Origin: Eledone cirrhosa
Lineage: Eukaryota
Assembly (NCBI GenBank): GCA_964016885.1
Contig: OZ024741.1
Coordinates: 172,236,001 to 172,300,000 of the forward strand
Length of the DNA stretch: 64,000 bases
Direction: 5' to 3'
Made by a program: the position numbers and the translations under genes. Every line of letters starts with the position of its first letter. The stretch's first letter is position 1. The notes under the pieces were generated by a model. That model did not search any database. It was not told the origin of the DNA and worked only from the letters and a program-made list of their open reading frames with translations. Below are positions 13,994-27,519 of the stretch, piece after piece.

Positions 13994-14897
13994 TGTGGAC
14001 GATATTTGTTCGCAATTTTCAACTGCTAATTTTATGCAAATTTTTTTGCTTCCGTTGTCACTCTTGTCTTCATAAAAACACTGACTATATTTCCATTATT
14101 TATTTTCAGAATAATTGATTATGAATAATTTTGAACCTCCAAATTTGTGGAAGAGACACGGAGTTCTTCTTGGAATCTGCACCGGAAGGACAAATAAGGA
14201 AATTTCAGACTTTCTCAGCGTCAGCAGGAGAAAGGTGGAAAAGGTCAGAAAGGAATTGGAAAATTCAGGTTTCGACTACGAAGCAACATCAGAGAGGAAA
14301 ACACATGATCGACGATCAGACGCCTTCAGAAAGTCCGAGTTCGTCGCTGAAGTTCAGGATATCATCAACAATGAACCTAGCAAGTCGATGCGTGCCATTG
14401 CAAGGGAGAAAGGCGTGGATGAAAAGCTCATTAGGCTGGTGGTACATGAAGACATTCGCTACGTTTCATACAAGATGAGGAAAGGACAATTTCTGTCAAA
14501 GGCGATGTAAGAAAAGCGACTGAAGCACGCAAAGAAGCTGATCAACAAGTTGAAACACCGACTGGAGCCAGACATGCTGTGGTTTTTCTCCGACGAGAAA
14601 AACTTCTGCTAAGACCAGAAGATCAACTCCCAGAACAACAGGTGGCTCGCTGTCTCATCCAAAGACGTGTCCAGAGTCATCCAGACAAAGTTTCCAGCGA
14701 CAACATTGGTCTTAGGTGTCGTCAGTTCTTCCCTGAGGGCCTCAAGCTGAACTCCGATGGCTACATCCGCGTTCTGAGCGAGGTAGTAAAGCCCTGGATC
14801 GACCAGGTAGCTGCAGGTAGGCCGTACGTCTGGCAGCAAGACTCAGCGCCCTGCCATACCAGCCGAAAGATCCAAGCCTGGCTGTCATAGAACTGAC
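13990..14897 (+). mobile_element. Tc1/mariner (maT/DD37D-like) transposon remnant
   Basis: HTH-like N-terminus (ORF 14115-14510), then WFFSDEK, NSQNNRW and WQQDSAPCH with stops and frameshifts; truncated before the third catalytic residue. Confidence 0.85.
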
Positions 14898-14899
14898 AT

Positions 14900-17305
14900 C
14901 TGGCCTGACATATGGCATAAAAGAAAAATTAATTCTTACTTCCAACAAACTAAATCACAACAGGAGGTAACCCTTCAACATAACATTATATCAACTGACA
15001 CTGATAACAATAGTAATAATAGTAATAGCACTAATGTAAGCAATAACGCTGAGAGCGACAACCCCATAACCATAATCCAACAGCTACCATCCAGACTTCT
15101 ACACAACATAATAACCGGCAGGCTAACATCCAAAATAATTGTAACTGTAGATCTAATAGAACCTGCCCTTTAGAATAAAAAATGCTTAATCAAGGATATC
15201 ATATACTCATGCACCGTCACAACTAGCAACTCTTCTGAAACCTATATAGGCTCTACTTCAAACTGCTTCAAAACCAGATACAATTCGCACCTCCATTCTT
15301 TCAAAAACACAGTCTAGCCAACTCCACTTCACTATCTAGCTACATACACTATCTAAAAACTAAAAATAGATCTTATACACTTAAATGGGAAGTGATAGGT
15401 AAGGCGACATCGTACAAACCCCCTAATAAATTTTGTAACCTCTGTCTACTAGAGACCCATACTATCATCTACTCAAACCATAACCTCCTTAATAAAAAAT
15501 CAGAAGTGTTCGCGTCATGCCAGCACCGCTTCCGACACTCCTTCCAAAACTTTAAACCCAGTATATAACAATGTCAGACTTGATCCAATCACCACTTCTA
15601 GCAACACACCTCAAGGGCACACCTTACACCACAACTCCACACTCAATGATCCACCCTATCTTAACACAATTCGTGACATCTATCTAAAACCTTTTACCCT
15701 AGAAATATCCCTATGTACACCTGCTTTTAGTATAATTACTTTCAATTACTTAGACTGCATTATATCACTATATAATTATATGTAATCTTTAAACACCGAA
15801 TTCAGCAATGAATTATTTGTGCAAATGTTGTTGTATATATGGAGTGTTATCTTTAGATAAATAGAAGATTAATTTATTAACATAAAAGAGCTGTATAACC
15901 TATATGTTGAGTACAATGAATTATGTACAAGTGGTATGTGAGTTATACATACATGTATAACTTGATAGACAGATTAATGACATTGTAAGTGAGAATTGTT
16001 TTTTGGTCTACCCTAGAGATATTTAACTTTACCATGGAATCAGCCGTACGCTGAGCCAGAGCTTACCAAGGGTTATATATAGACGTGGTTCTAATAAGAC
16101 CCTGTCAGGTTCTGTGAGTAGACTACATCTACAAAGAACTTTGATATGGAGATCTGACTCTTCGTATGGAATAGTCAGTTGTAGCACTCTATGATAGGTA
16201 GTAATCATCCTAATATAGATACCTTTAGTACTTCATGATAGAGTAGACTGTAATTTAAAGATAGGATACTTAAATTTGGAAACTGTATATAACCGTATAT
16301 ATAAGGGACTCAATTGAGACACCTTTTAATGTATGTTGGAATAATACATTTAGTTATAGAAATCAGCTAGTTACCTCCCCTCACGCATTAACTCCCCTTA
16401 ATTCCAGAAAATAAAACGATGTAAATTCTCGCAACAGAAACAACCTGCTCTATAAAATTGGATTAAAGAACACTGAGCCGCAACAAACTGTAATAGTTTA
16501 ACTTAATACATCAAACATCCAATACTGAATCATCGTTAATTATGTGAAGGACATATAAACTATATATTACGTTTCCTAAATTGTGAAAACGGTGGTGTAT
16601 ACAAAAACCATAACATTATTTTGCTTCACATTTATAATATTTCTCTGCACACAAGCTTCTTTATCATACACAAAAAATACCTTACCACTACAACCTCCAT
16701 AATACTCTTGATTATCCGCTTAAAGTGCTTGTATTGCATATAACACCTTGCCGCACAATAATCATATATAAATAAGACACACGTAGATGCCCCACGTGTA
16801 ACAATTGCATGCAATAACTACTACACTGACTAACAAACTATCCTCTTGCATTATCTACGTTAACTGCCGATGTTGTATTTTAATTTTAATTTTGCTTTGA
16901 TTCTGTTTTAATATGATTTTAATTATTGAATTTAAATTGCCATTCAGAAATAATATAATGAATGTCACACCACTGTGCATCAATGTATATATATATGTAT
17001 CTGTATCTCTCTTGTGTTGGAAAGGAGGTCATGTATGTAAACAAACATTGAAATAAGCCCCGAAGACTCCAAACGTCGGTTTGGATGAAACAATTGTAAG
17101 CTAATAAATGGTTTGAACAGAACTTTGATTCATGTGAATTCTATATAGCTGCTCTGTAGAACAACTGATGTTATTACATTGAGCTATTTATCTTACTGGT
17201 AATAAGGTAGTAATTAATTACTGACCTTCACTGTTTAGGGTTTAAAATATACATAACTATAAAAAGTTTTAGTATATACATAACCATAAATAGTATCCTT
17301 CATAC
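14900..17305 (+). mobile_element. PLE 3' fragment (Nematis-like GIY-YIG plus long 3' region)
   Basis: About 15135-15568 encodes CNCRSNRTCPL..C, IIYSC, YIGST, FKTRYNSH, CNLCLLE, LLNKKSE. HHR at 17056; ends at (TA)n. Continuity of the middle region is inferred. Confidence 0.7.
17056..17102 (+). ncRNA. Hammerhead ribozyme variant (CCGAAGA core)
   Basis: AGCC-CCGAAGA-C TCCAAAC gtcg GTTTGGA T-GAA-ACAATTGT-A-AGCT; U4>C and one stem I mismatch. Confidence 0.7.
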
Positions 17306-17351
17306 TATATATATATACATAGATATGTGTGTACATATATATATATATATA

Positions 17352-17468
17352 TATAAGTTGTAATAGAACGAAACGAAGTTTCATTTCCCACTCTTAGTAC
17401 GGCACTTACTTAAATGTAAGTATGTATGTATACGTACATACATATACGTATACAGACGTACAGTAGCA

Positions 17469-17516
<48 letters not shown>

Positions 17517-17943
17517 CAGGTACACATATATATATGTACGTGTCAGTTTAGCGGATGTTTATTATAACGCCCGCTTTGTCCGTTTGTAAACAAACGGACA
17601 GCCTGATTTATGCCGTACGGTGTTAAGGCAACCACGTCAACTTTTTGTTCAACACTGACACAGGAACGATGTACTAGTTTCAAGCTTCTTAGCTATCATC
17701 AGCACCGAATACCCTTCTGCCAGATGGTTGAACGTTCAAAAGTATATACTTTCCTTATGAAAATTAACGGCTGAGCAGCCTAATTTGCATATCGAGTGAG
17801 TTCAGTCGGCCAGGCGCACCGAAAACGATAAGTTGTAATAGAACGAAACGAAGTTTCATTTCTCACTCTTAGCACGGCACTTACTTAAATGTAAGTATGT
17901 ATGTATACGTACATACATATATGTATACAGACGTACAGTAGCA

Positions 17944-17950
<7 letters not shown>
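17352..17950 (-). mobile_element. HHR-bearing ~476-bp monomer (family B), head-to-tail; retrozyme-like
   Basis: ATAAGTTGTAATAGAACG recurs at about 17353 and 17829; contains the HHR at 17667-17707, the octamer at 17783-17790 and an internal (TA)n. Confidence 0.8.
17667..17707 (-). ncRNA. Minimal type I hammerhead (family B)
   Basis: Minus strand CGGTG-CTGATGA-TAGC taagaa GCTT-GAA-ACTAGT-A-CATCG; intact core, GUA site. Confidence 0.9.
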
Positions 17951-17984
<34 letters not shown>

Positions 17985-17988
<4 letters not shown>

Positions 17989-19010
17989 AATGAATAATAA
18001 CAGGTAGACATCATAAAAAGGTAATTTATTCCGTGTGCTTACAAGTGTTTCCACGGTGGTACTGCAGCCTAGTTATGCTACGTGCAAATTCACAAGTACT
18101 TGCAGAACTCAAATATCCAATGCTGTGACCACTGTTTCCTCAGAGCAGAATGGTAAAATGTACAATGTAAATACCCTTAAGTGGGGTTGTTGGGAAAGAT
18201 AGAATAGAAAAGGAAGAGATAAAAGTAGGGAAGAGGGAGAGAGAAAGAAAGATATGCAGGGGTTGGAGAAGTAGGAGAGAGTGGCTTGTAGATATCTTAA
18301 TCAAAATGTTATGGTAGGGGTTTTATTATACTGGTTACTTTTGGAGAGATGCGTTGATAGTTAAGGTCGGAATTATTTATTGCCCCAGAGGGCAGGTTCA
18401 TAGATGTTGAGAGGGAGGTAGGCCAAAGGCGAGAGAGAGAGAGTGTAATGGATGTAGAGAGAGATAGGTAGAGAGGGGAAAGACGAACTTTGTGTGGTGA
18501 GTGAACTTTGGGTTTGTAGTAGTAATCTAGTAATTGCACTGAGTTACCATGTATAGTGATAAGCAGTGTATTGTCTTGTAGTGTGGGGGGAAGAGAAGGT
18601 TGTTAGCTAGAAAGCGGTGTTATAGTTACGGGTTCGAATGTTAAGTTATTTTATAGTGAGAGAATTTAGCTTTTAGTTTGTGGTTGCAGTATAATGATCG
18701 TTCAATTCTATCGTTAAGTAGTTTGTTTTTGGATTTTAATATGTAAAAGAGCTCAAGGTTACATAACCTGCAGTACTTCAATCCACTCCGATATGCACTT
18801 GCGCAGGAAAGTATATTCCATTTTAAGGTGAACTGTTGGTTGTGTTCACGGAGTTGCCAGGTCTTGTTGGCGAGCGTGGTCACAAAACGGTGATTCGGAT
18901 GTTTGATTGAGAATCGATGACGGTACCAGCGAGATTTGAACGATGTGGTGGTAGATCCGATATAATATCATTTCTGGTCGTTCGATTCAACCGTGCATTG
19001 GTAAACACCC
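17985..19010 (-). mobile_element. PLE 3' fragment (GIY-YIG plus 3' UTR/pLTR), copy 1
   Basis: VYQCTV..YYIGSTTTSFKSRWYRH, LKWNIL, CRLCNLE, LLN..E (ORF 18641-18883); ends at (TA)n. Confidence 0.85.
18036..18147 (-). ncRNA. Hammerhead with ~85-nt extended stem II
   Basis: Minus strand TGCT-CTGAGGA-[AACAGTGGT...ACCACCGTG]-GAA-AC actt GT-A-AGCA. Confidence 0.7.
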
Positions 19011-19149
19011 ACCTACAAACCCTCATCTCGATGCTTTCGAACAAGATTTAATGAAAACGACCATGAACATTAAGTTCAACAAACATAGAAATAATGAGCT
19101 GCAGAACAACATGAAAGCACTACTCCGAGGATTGCAAAATACCAATGGA

Positions 19150-19454
19150 ATCGTTTTTGTTCAACACTGACACAGGAACGATGTACTAGCTTCAAGCTTC
19201 TTCGCTATCATCAGCACCGTATACCCTTCTGCCAGATGGTTGAACGTTCGAAAGTATATACTTTCCTTATGAAAATTAACGGCTGAACAGCCTAATTTGC
19301 ATACCGAGTGAGTTCAGTCGGCCAGGCGCACCGAAAACGATAAGTTGTAATAGAACGAAACGAGGTTTCATTTCTCACTCTTCGTACGCACTTACTTAAA
19401 TGTAAGTATGTATGTATACGTACATATATATATGTATACAGACGTACAGTAGTA

Positions 19455-19460
<6 letters not shown>
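19150..19460 (-). mobile_element. Family B monomer fragment
   Basis: Homologous to 17640-17950; HHR at 19179-19219 has GAAA>GAAG. Confidence 0.8.
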
Positions 19461-19513
<53 letters not shown>

Positions 19514-19517
<4 letters not shown>

Positions 19518-20540
19518 AATGAATAATAACAGGTAGACATCATAAAAAGGTAATTTATTCCGTGTGCTTACAAGTGTTTCCACGGTGGTACTGCAGCCTA
19601 GTTATGCTACGTGCAAATTCACAAGTACTTGCAGAACTCAAATATCCAATGCTGTGACCACTGTTTCCTCAGAGCAGAATGGTAAAATGTACAATGTAAA
19701 TACCCTTAAGTGGGGTTGTTGGGAAAGATAGAATAGAAAAGGAAGAGATAAAAGTAGGGAAGAGGGAGAGAGAAAGAAAGATATGCAGGGGTTGGAGAAG
19801 TAGGAGAGAGTGGCTTGTAGATATCTTAATCAAAATGTTATGGTAGGGGTTTTATTATACTGGTTACTTTTGGAGAGATGCGTTGATAGTTAAGGTCGGA
19901 ATTATTTATTGCCCCAGAGGGCAGGTTCATAGATGTTGAGAGGGAGGTAGGCCAAAGGCGAGAGAGAGAGAGTGTAATGGATGTAGAGAGAGATAGGTAG
20001 AGAGGGGAAAGACGAACTTTGTGTGGTGAGTGAACTTTGGGTTTGTAGTAGTAATCTAGTAATTGCACTGAGTTACCATGTATAGTGATAAGCAGTGTAT
20101 TGTCTTGTAGTGTGGGGGGAAGAGAAGGTTGTTAGCTAGAAAGCGGTGTTATAGTTACGGGTTCGAATGTTAAGTTATTTTATAGTGAGAGAATTTAGCT
20201 TTTAGTTTGTGGTTGCAGTATAATGATCGTTCAATTCTATCGTTAAGTAGTTTGTTTTTGGATTTTAATATGTAAAAGAGCTCAAGGTTACATAACCTGC
20301 AGTACTTCAATCCACTCCGATATGCACTTGCGCAGGAAAGTATATTCCATTTTAAGGTGAACTGTTGGTTGTGTTCACGGAGTTGCCAGGTCTTGTTGGC
20401 GAGCGTGGTCACAAAACGGTGATTCGGATGTTTGATTGAGAATCGATGACGGTACCAGCGAGATTTGAACGATGTGGTGGTAGATCCGATATAATATCAT
20501 TTCTGGTCGTTCGATTCAACCGTGCATTGGTAAACACCCA
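19514..20540 (-). mobile_element. PLE 3' fragment, copy 2 (tandem duplication, +1529 bp)
   Basis: ORFs 19838-20068 and 20170-20412 are identical to 18309-18539 and 18641-18883; HHR copy at 19565-19676. Confidence 0.85.
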
Positions 20541-20679
20541 CCTACAAACCCTCATCTCGATGCTTTCGAACAAGATTTAATGAAAACGACCATGAACATT
20601 AAGTTCAACAAACATAGAAATAATGAGCTGCAGAACAACATGAAAGCACTACTCCGAGGATTGCAAAATACCAATGGAA

Positions 20680-20983
20680 TCGTTTTTGTTCAACACTGAC
20701 ACAGGAACGATGTACTAGCTTCAAGCTTCTTCGCTATCATCAGCACCGTATACCCTTCTGCCAGATGGTTGAACGTTCGAAAGTATATACTTTCCTTATG
20801 AAAATTAACGGCTGAACAGCCTAATTTGCATACCGAGTGAGTTCAGTCGGCCAGGCGCACCGAAAACGATAAGTTGTAATAGAACGAAACGAGGTTTCAT
20901 TTCTCACTCTTCGTACGCACTTACTTAAATGTAAGTATGTATGTATACGTACATATATATATGTATACAGACGTACAGTAGTA

Positions 20984-21053
<70 letters not shown>

Positions 21054-21244
21054 CAGGTACACATATATATATATGTACGTATAATTTGCATATCGAGTGA
21101 GTTCAGTCGACCAGGTGCACCGAAAACGATAAGTTGTAATAGATCGAAACGAAGTTTCATTTCTCACTCTTAGTACGGCACTTACTTAAATGTAAGTATG
21201 TATGTATACGTACATACATATATGTATACAGACGTACAGTAGCA

Positions 21245-21314
<70 letters not shown>

Positions 21315-21703
21315 CAGGTACACATATATATATGTACGTATCAGTTTAGCGGATGTTTATTATAACGCCCGCTTTGTCCGTTTGTAAACAAACGGATAGC
21401 CTGATTTATGCCGTACGGTGTTAAGGCAACGACGTCACCTTTTTGTTCAACACTGACACAGGAACGATGTACTACTTTCAAGCTTCTTAGCTATCATCAG
21501 CACCGTATACCCTTCTGCCAGATGGTTTAACGTTCGAAAGTATATACTTCCCTTATGAAAATTAACGGCTGAGCAAAAAGATGACGTGATTGCCTTAACA
21601 CCGTACGGCATAAATCAGGCTGTCCGTTTGTTTACAAACGGACAAAGCGGGCGTTATAATAAACGTCCGCTAAACTGATACGTAATATATATATGTGTAC
21701 CTG

Positions 21704-21781
<78 letters not shown>

Positions 21782-21820
21782 CATGCTACTGTACGTCTGT
21801 ATACATATATGTATGTATGT

Positions 21821-21830
<10 letters not shown>
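20680..21830. mobile_element. Family B tandem and inverted cluster
   Basis: HHR copies at 20708-20748 and 21465-21505 (minus; each has a core or stem III change); about 21576-21830 is an inverted partial copy. Confidence 0.8.
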
Positions 21831-21887
<57 letters not shown>

Positions 21888-21939
21888 TGTGTGTACATAT
21901 ATATATATAGAGAGAGAGAGAGATAGATAGATAGATATG

Positions 21940-22029
<90 letters not shown>

Positions 22030-22031
22030 TC

Positions 22032-22064
<33 letters not shown>

Positions 22065-22072
<8 letters not shown>

Positions 22073-22172
22073 ATACTTTGGGAGGGTCATGTTGCCAATA
22101 AGAAACACACGCACCACAACTGGTGCGTGTGTTTCTTATTGGCAACATGACCCTCCCAAAGTATAACAATAT
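22065..22172. repeat. Perfect palindrome (52-bp arms, 4-nt loop) of a PLE terminus-like sequence
   Basis: ATATTGTTATACTTTGGGAGGGTCAT...GCACCA caac TGGTGC...; the arm start matches PLE ends at about 36878 and 52690. Confidence 0.9.
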
Positions 22173-22226
22173 CGGTTTCAACACACGATTTCAGATAAAG
22201 AATCTTGCTAAACAAATTCAGAAACG

Positions 22227-22365
<139 letters not shown>

Positions 22366-22728
22366 GCGTGAATGTATGTGCGTATGTGTGTCTAAGTAAC
22401 CAATACTCCTTAACTATAGCAAGATTATTTCTTCGTGTAACATTTCTGTTAAGTCTTATTGACAGCAGAAAAGAGAAACGTTTTTAGTGGTAGTACATGT
22501 ATAAATATATCATAATAATGCATCAAAGTCAAGGTATTAACATAAACACGAAGGTTTTTTATTCTGTTCTGAAGAAGAACAAACAGGCATTAGCGACGTC
22601 GCAGAATATGTGAGGAGAGAGATTTGATAAAATAACCAATAACGAAAGTTTATATTGCTGAAGTGAAAGTCAATTAGAGCCTGTGTTTTTATTGAGAATA
22701 TTGGCAAAATAATCATCCCCTGATATAA

Positions 22729-22802
<74 letters not shown>

Positions 22803-22839
22803 TTAAGTATGTATATATGTATTATGTATATGTATATAT

Positions 22840-23160
22840 ATATATAAGTATGTACGTGTACATACATATATGTAAACAGACGTACAGTAGTATGTATATA
22901 TATATACATACATCCACACATATATATATCTACGTATGGATTCACCAAACATTTATTATAATGCTCGGTGTGTTTGTAAACAAACATCCCGTATTAAGCC
23001 GTAGTGTCTAGCTAGCAACCATCGTTGCTTGTTTGTTCAACACTGACAAAGGAACGTTGTACTAGTTTCAAGCTTATTAGCTATCGTCAGCAACACGTGT
23101 ACATACTTATATTTAAGTAACACCCGTACTAAGAGTGGGAAATGAAATTTCGTTTCATTT
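22840..23160. mobile_element. Diverged family B copy with an internal inversion at the HHR 5' edge
   Basis: HHR at 23056-23094 (minus): GTTG-CTGACGA-TAGC taataa GCTT-GAA-ACTAGT-A-CAAC; 23100-23160 is in the opposite orientation. Confidence 0.75.
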
Positions 23161-23377
23161 TTTCCGTTTATATATATATACATATATATTAATATATTTC
23201 TTGTTATATATTGATATATTTCTATATCGAGTTAAGGTGTATATTAATAAGAATATGGTATAAGAGAACATGGTCTACTTACATATAAATATATAAATAA
23301 GTTCACATTTTCGTTTATCGCTTTCTCTCTTTCTCTCCTCCTTGGTGGTTCGAAATAGAGGTCCATGTGTTGCAGTG

Positions 23378-23464
23378 GAAGAAGAAGAAGAAGAAGAAGA
23401 AGAAGAAGAAGAAGAAGAAGAAGAAGAAGAAGAAGAAGAAGAAGAAGAAGAAGAAGAAGAAGAA
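23378..23464. repeat. (GAA)n microsatellite
   Basis: Directly visible. Confidence 0.95.
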
Positions 23465-23589
23465 AGGTAGAGGTGGGGTAGTAATAATGTGGTTAAGGAA
23501 AAGAAGGAAGGGAAAGACGAAGAGGTTTAGGCGAAGTATAATGAGACGACGATGAGCTGTAGTAGTAATAGTATCACTATTAATAGTAG

Positions 23590-24710
23590 TAAAGGGAGCT
23601 GTCCGTGGGGTGGGACTGATTTAAATGGTAGAGTGACCTTAAAGTTGACTGAGGGAGTAATTGTTTCTAAATATATCTATCTTTCTTAATACTTCTATAG
23701 GTAATACTGGCTTTCTTAACTTGCCCACTGGTGTTAAAAATTTACCTATATTCTGATTGTTTCTAAAGGGAATACTGTCTTTCTTAATTGGCCATTGGTG
23801 TAAATGTTGGGTAGATGCATTTAAACGACGTTTGTATTTAGTGATAAAGTATGATTCTTTGTTAATGCGCTGAATGTGGGTAGCGTTGTCTTTAAATTTG
23901 TAGAGGGGGAGGGGAAATATTTTGAAATTGGGTTGTTCATTTGAGGCACAGGTGGCAATATGTTCACTCAGTGTTATTTTTTATGTATTCCTGTATTTTA
24001 ATTTGGGATCTATGAACAGTCATACGTTGACGGAGACTATTTTTAGTATTTCATATGTACTGCCCTCGACAGCCTGAGCAAGTTAGCACATATATCAGAT
24101 TTTCTGATGCGCATGTGAAATTGTATTTCACAGTAAAGCGTTGCACTTATTTGAAACAGAACTCCGACCACTCTATTAGGTTGACGCATATACCACAGTT
24201 GGGCCTTCCGCATCTTTTTACTGTAGGGTTCGTTGTGGGGGTCGGCTGGACTTTGGCCTGTGTTAGGATAAATTTCATTGAATTTGGTTGTCTCTCGCTC
24301 TTTATGATATTGTGCGTCTGAAGGACTTGGTTCATTCTATAATCCCTTCTTAGTAAAGGGATGTTCTGGAGAATGGTGTCGAAGACTTCATCGTTAAGGG
24401 TGTGTGTGTGGAGATGTATGGTAGGGCTTACACTTTCGATTTATTCTTTAATTTAGGATGTCTAAGATTCTGGATACTGAGTTTCAGGGCACGTAGAAAT
24501 CCATTCTCAATTAGGGATGGGGGGTAATTCCTGCAAATGAGTGTGTCCTTTAGTTCTTGTAGTCGTATGTAACATGTGTATCTATCAGATACTATTGTAC
24601 AGATCCTTTTGGCTAGGTTGTAAGGGGTATTCGTTTTAGTGTGTCTCTTTCATGAGTTGTAAGGAATATATTGCTTGGAGTCTGTGGGCTTATTTTATTT
24701 TTGATATTCC
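23590..24710 (-). mobile_element. Degenerate Neptune-like PLE fragment (RT thumb plus GIY-YIG)
   Basis: PYNLAKRICTIV, RNYPPSLIENG, RQP..., CGRPNCGIC, FTCASENLIYVLTCSGC. Confidence 0.8.
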
Positions 24711-24729
24711 GCAAAGCCAGCCTCAATTC

Positions 24730-24986
24730 GATCGGTATGCAAATGAGGTTAGTCAACCGATGTATACTTAAGAAAATACCATATATTTTCAACCGCTCAA
24801 CACATTGGCATTGAGGTATACAGATGAAGGGTAATGACCCAGAAACATGTTGTTTGTTCCTCAAAGCCAGTGTTGAACAAACAGGTGACGATCGGTCACT
24901 GGCACGGCACAGCTCCAAATCGGGCCGTTTGTTTACAAACGAATCGAACATTATCATTAATGTTCGATATAACCCATACGTACATA

Positions 24987-24995
<9 letters not shown>
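24730..24995 (+). mobile_element. Family C: diverged homolog of the A/B monomers with a different hammerhead
   Basis: ATGCAAAT at 24737; CAGATGA-A GGGT aatg ACCC A-GAA-ACATGT-T at about 24821-24851; then CAGTGTTGAACAAA and CCGTTTGTTTACAAACG shared with family B. Confidence 0.75.
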
Positions 24996-25025
<30 letters not shown>

Positions 25026-25027
<2 letters not shown>

Positions 25028-25229
25028 CGAAGGAAATGTGGTAAGGAACCAGGTGGACCATAACGCACCAAAGTACTCAATACTTAGGGTAGTAGAGTGG
25101 GTAATAGGAACGAGTAGGACCCCGACGGCTGAGCTCAAGCCGTTTCGACGGCTAATTCTTTAATTAGCCGTCCAGAATTAGCCGTCGAAACGGCTTGAGC
25201 TCCGCCGTCGAGGTCCTACTCGCTCCTAT
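25026..25229. repeat. Family D terminal repeat with ~56-bp fold-back palindrome
   Basis: Arms 25104-25159 and 25174-25229; contains the HHR 3' half GAAAC GGC..GCC GTC. Confidence 0.75.
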
Positions 25230-25948
25230 ATATATATATATATATATATTAATAAGAGGAATTCCAGCTTTGTCTGATTTACTCGTTTTATTTACAATCC
25301 TTTAGTGCATTTCCAGTTTGACCGACATATAGTTCTTCACAATTCGGGCATTTAATGCAGTAAATTAGATTTCTGCTTTTGCAGTTCATATTTGCATTTG
25401 GGAATATTTTTCCAGTTTTTGTTTTCATATATTGACCGGCGTGTATGGATTGACATGTGCCGCATCGATTATCATTGCATTTAGATACAGTGAATGATTG
25501 GTCTTTGTTGTTAAGGTCAAACTTTGCTTTTGTTAGTAATTGCTTCAAATTTTTTGGCTGTCTTTTACTAAGAGTCAAAGATCGATCTGTGATTAAGCCT
25601 TTTAATTCATTACTTTGAGCAATGATCGGTAGGTTTGCTTTGGCAGTGTTGAAGATATTCTGGTGACATGGGTTTTGTGTCATTATAAATGGTATGACCA
25701 GTTCTTGGTTTTTTCTTCCTTGGGTTGTCCTAAGTTGTTGTATAGGTATTTTTATAGCCCGCTGTATGCCATTTTTTATAAGTAGAGATGGGTATTTTTG
25801 TTTGAGCAAAAATTCTCTTAGTTCTGTTAGGCGTTTGTACCTGGTATTCGTATCTTCTACAATGGTACAAATTCTTCTGGCTAGGCAGTATGGGGTTTGC
25901 GTTTTGTATGAGGTTGAAAATTGCAAACTTGACTGTCACCACATATTA

Positions 25949-25987
25949 TGAACCTGAAGATTGCGAAAGCATGAAAGTACTTGTTCA
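25949..25987 (+). ncRNA. Minimal hammerhead in 5' pLTR
   Basis: TGAAC-CTGAAGA-TTGC gaaa GCAT-GAA-AGTACT-T-GTTCA; palindromic stem III. Confidence 0.85.
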
Positions 25988-26185
25988 ATTAACACTTAGA
26001 ATTTAATATTCTATCATACTATTTCATTATAATACCATTATAAATTTTAAAGGATTGTAAATAAAACGAGTAAATCAGACAAAGTTGGAATTCCTCTTAT
26101 TAATATAATCTTCTATACACAATCATACACACCCGTGTATATTTATCTATCTCTATATATATATTCCTATTGTGTATATGCCAAC

Positions 26186-27300
26186 ATGTCTGGAAAGCAA
26201 CAAATGAAATCAACAGAACCAGAAAGAATTCTAAAGGAGATATCATCGAAATTATCAACACTTATCACGATGATTGACACACAATCCTCTATTTTAAAGG
26301 AAATAGAAAAACAATCTACAGACGGCAAACTTATAACTGAACATATAAACTCTGAAATTAAGAATTTAGCTGAAATTATACCAACAGTTATCAAAGATAC
26401 AAGAGAAAGCCTACCACAACCCCCTTGGATGTCAGAACTAAACGAAAGAAATTTGAAAAACAAAACACATCGAATAAGAAAAGAAATGTGGAAGACATGG
26501 ACAACATTTCTTAACATAAGAAAACAAAACTTCTGGAAACATACAAATGCGAAAAATATGTCGAAACACATTCGAAATGGCTCTCTCTAACGGCACCCAT
26601 ACTCCCTCGTAAATACCTAATTACAGAAATTGCAGGAGAACCAGAAGAAGAAACAAAACTCCGATGGGAACTTACATTGACAAAATTCAGGACCGACATC
26701 TCCATTTCTCAATGTAAACAATCCCGCTACAAAGCCAAATATGAAGCTATTGATGACCAAATTGAAGTTGAAATTTCAAAGCTAACGACTGGTATTATAG
26801 CTGAAAAACTACGAGAACTATGGATCAGAGATATCTCAAAAGAAGAAAACAAATCAAGAAAGGTATGGTAGCAGAAACAATTATTTCTCGACGAATATGC
26901 TGCAAATTACGGTAAAGACTCTGGAAACCGAGAAAAAGCATTAAAAGTGGACAATCTCACCAACACAACATACGCCAGAACACGTGCCAACACAAACACT
27001 CACCTTACCTTGAATCAAAGAAGAACTACGGTAATAACTCTTCGCTTTTTCTACAAAAACACCCTATCGCACACAACATGAACAAAAAGCACAAACACGA
27101 TAGATATTCCTTTGACCAGACCATGAGAAGCAGTAAAACCAGGAGATCATTCTCAAGATCTCAACAGAGACTACCAACAAGGAATGTGGAAACAAAACGT
27201 AGAATAACCAGATCACTCTCAAGATCTCAACAGAGATTGCCCACAAGAAACTGGGCGAAAAGACGATATAAACCTGAAAGCAAACCTAGGTAATTTCCCC
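26186..27300 (+). pseudogene. PLE N-terminal or upstream coiled-coil-like and basic region
   Basis: ATG at about 26186 just after the pLTR; helical EK-rich fragments (26135-26590, 26677-26871) and an RS-rich repeat (27078-27293), all disrupted. Confidence 0.55.
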
Positions 27301-27519
27301 AGATTGTTAAAAATAATACTAACAGGAAAAATAATATACATAATACCAAAAATAGGACAAAATACATAACGAAACCAAATATAATATCACGACCAAAAGT
27401 TCATCAAGCGAACACCAACAGGAATATAAATCCTGAACAGAGAAAAATCCATTTTTTAACGTCAGGACAACAAAAACCGGAAAAAGAAAAACTCCAGGAG
27501 GAAACATACCTAAAACAAC

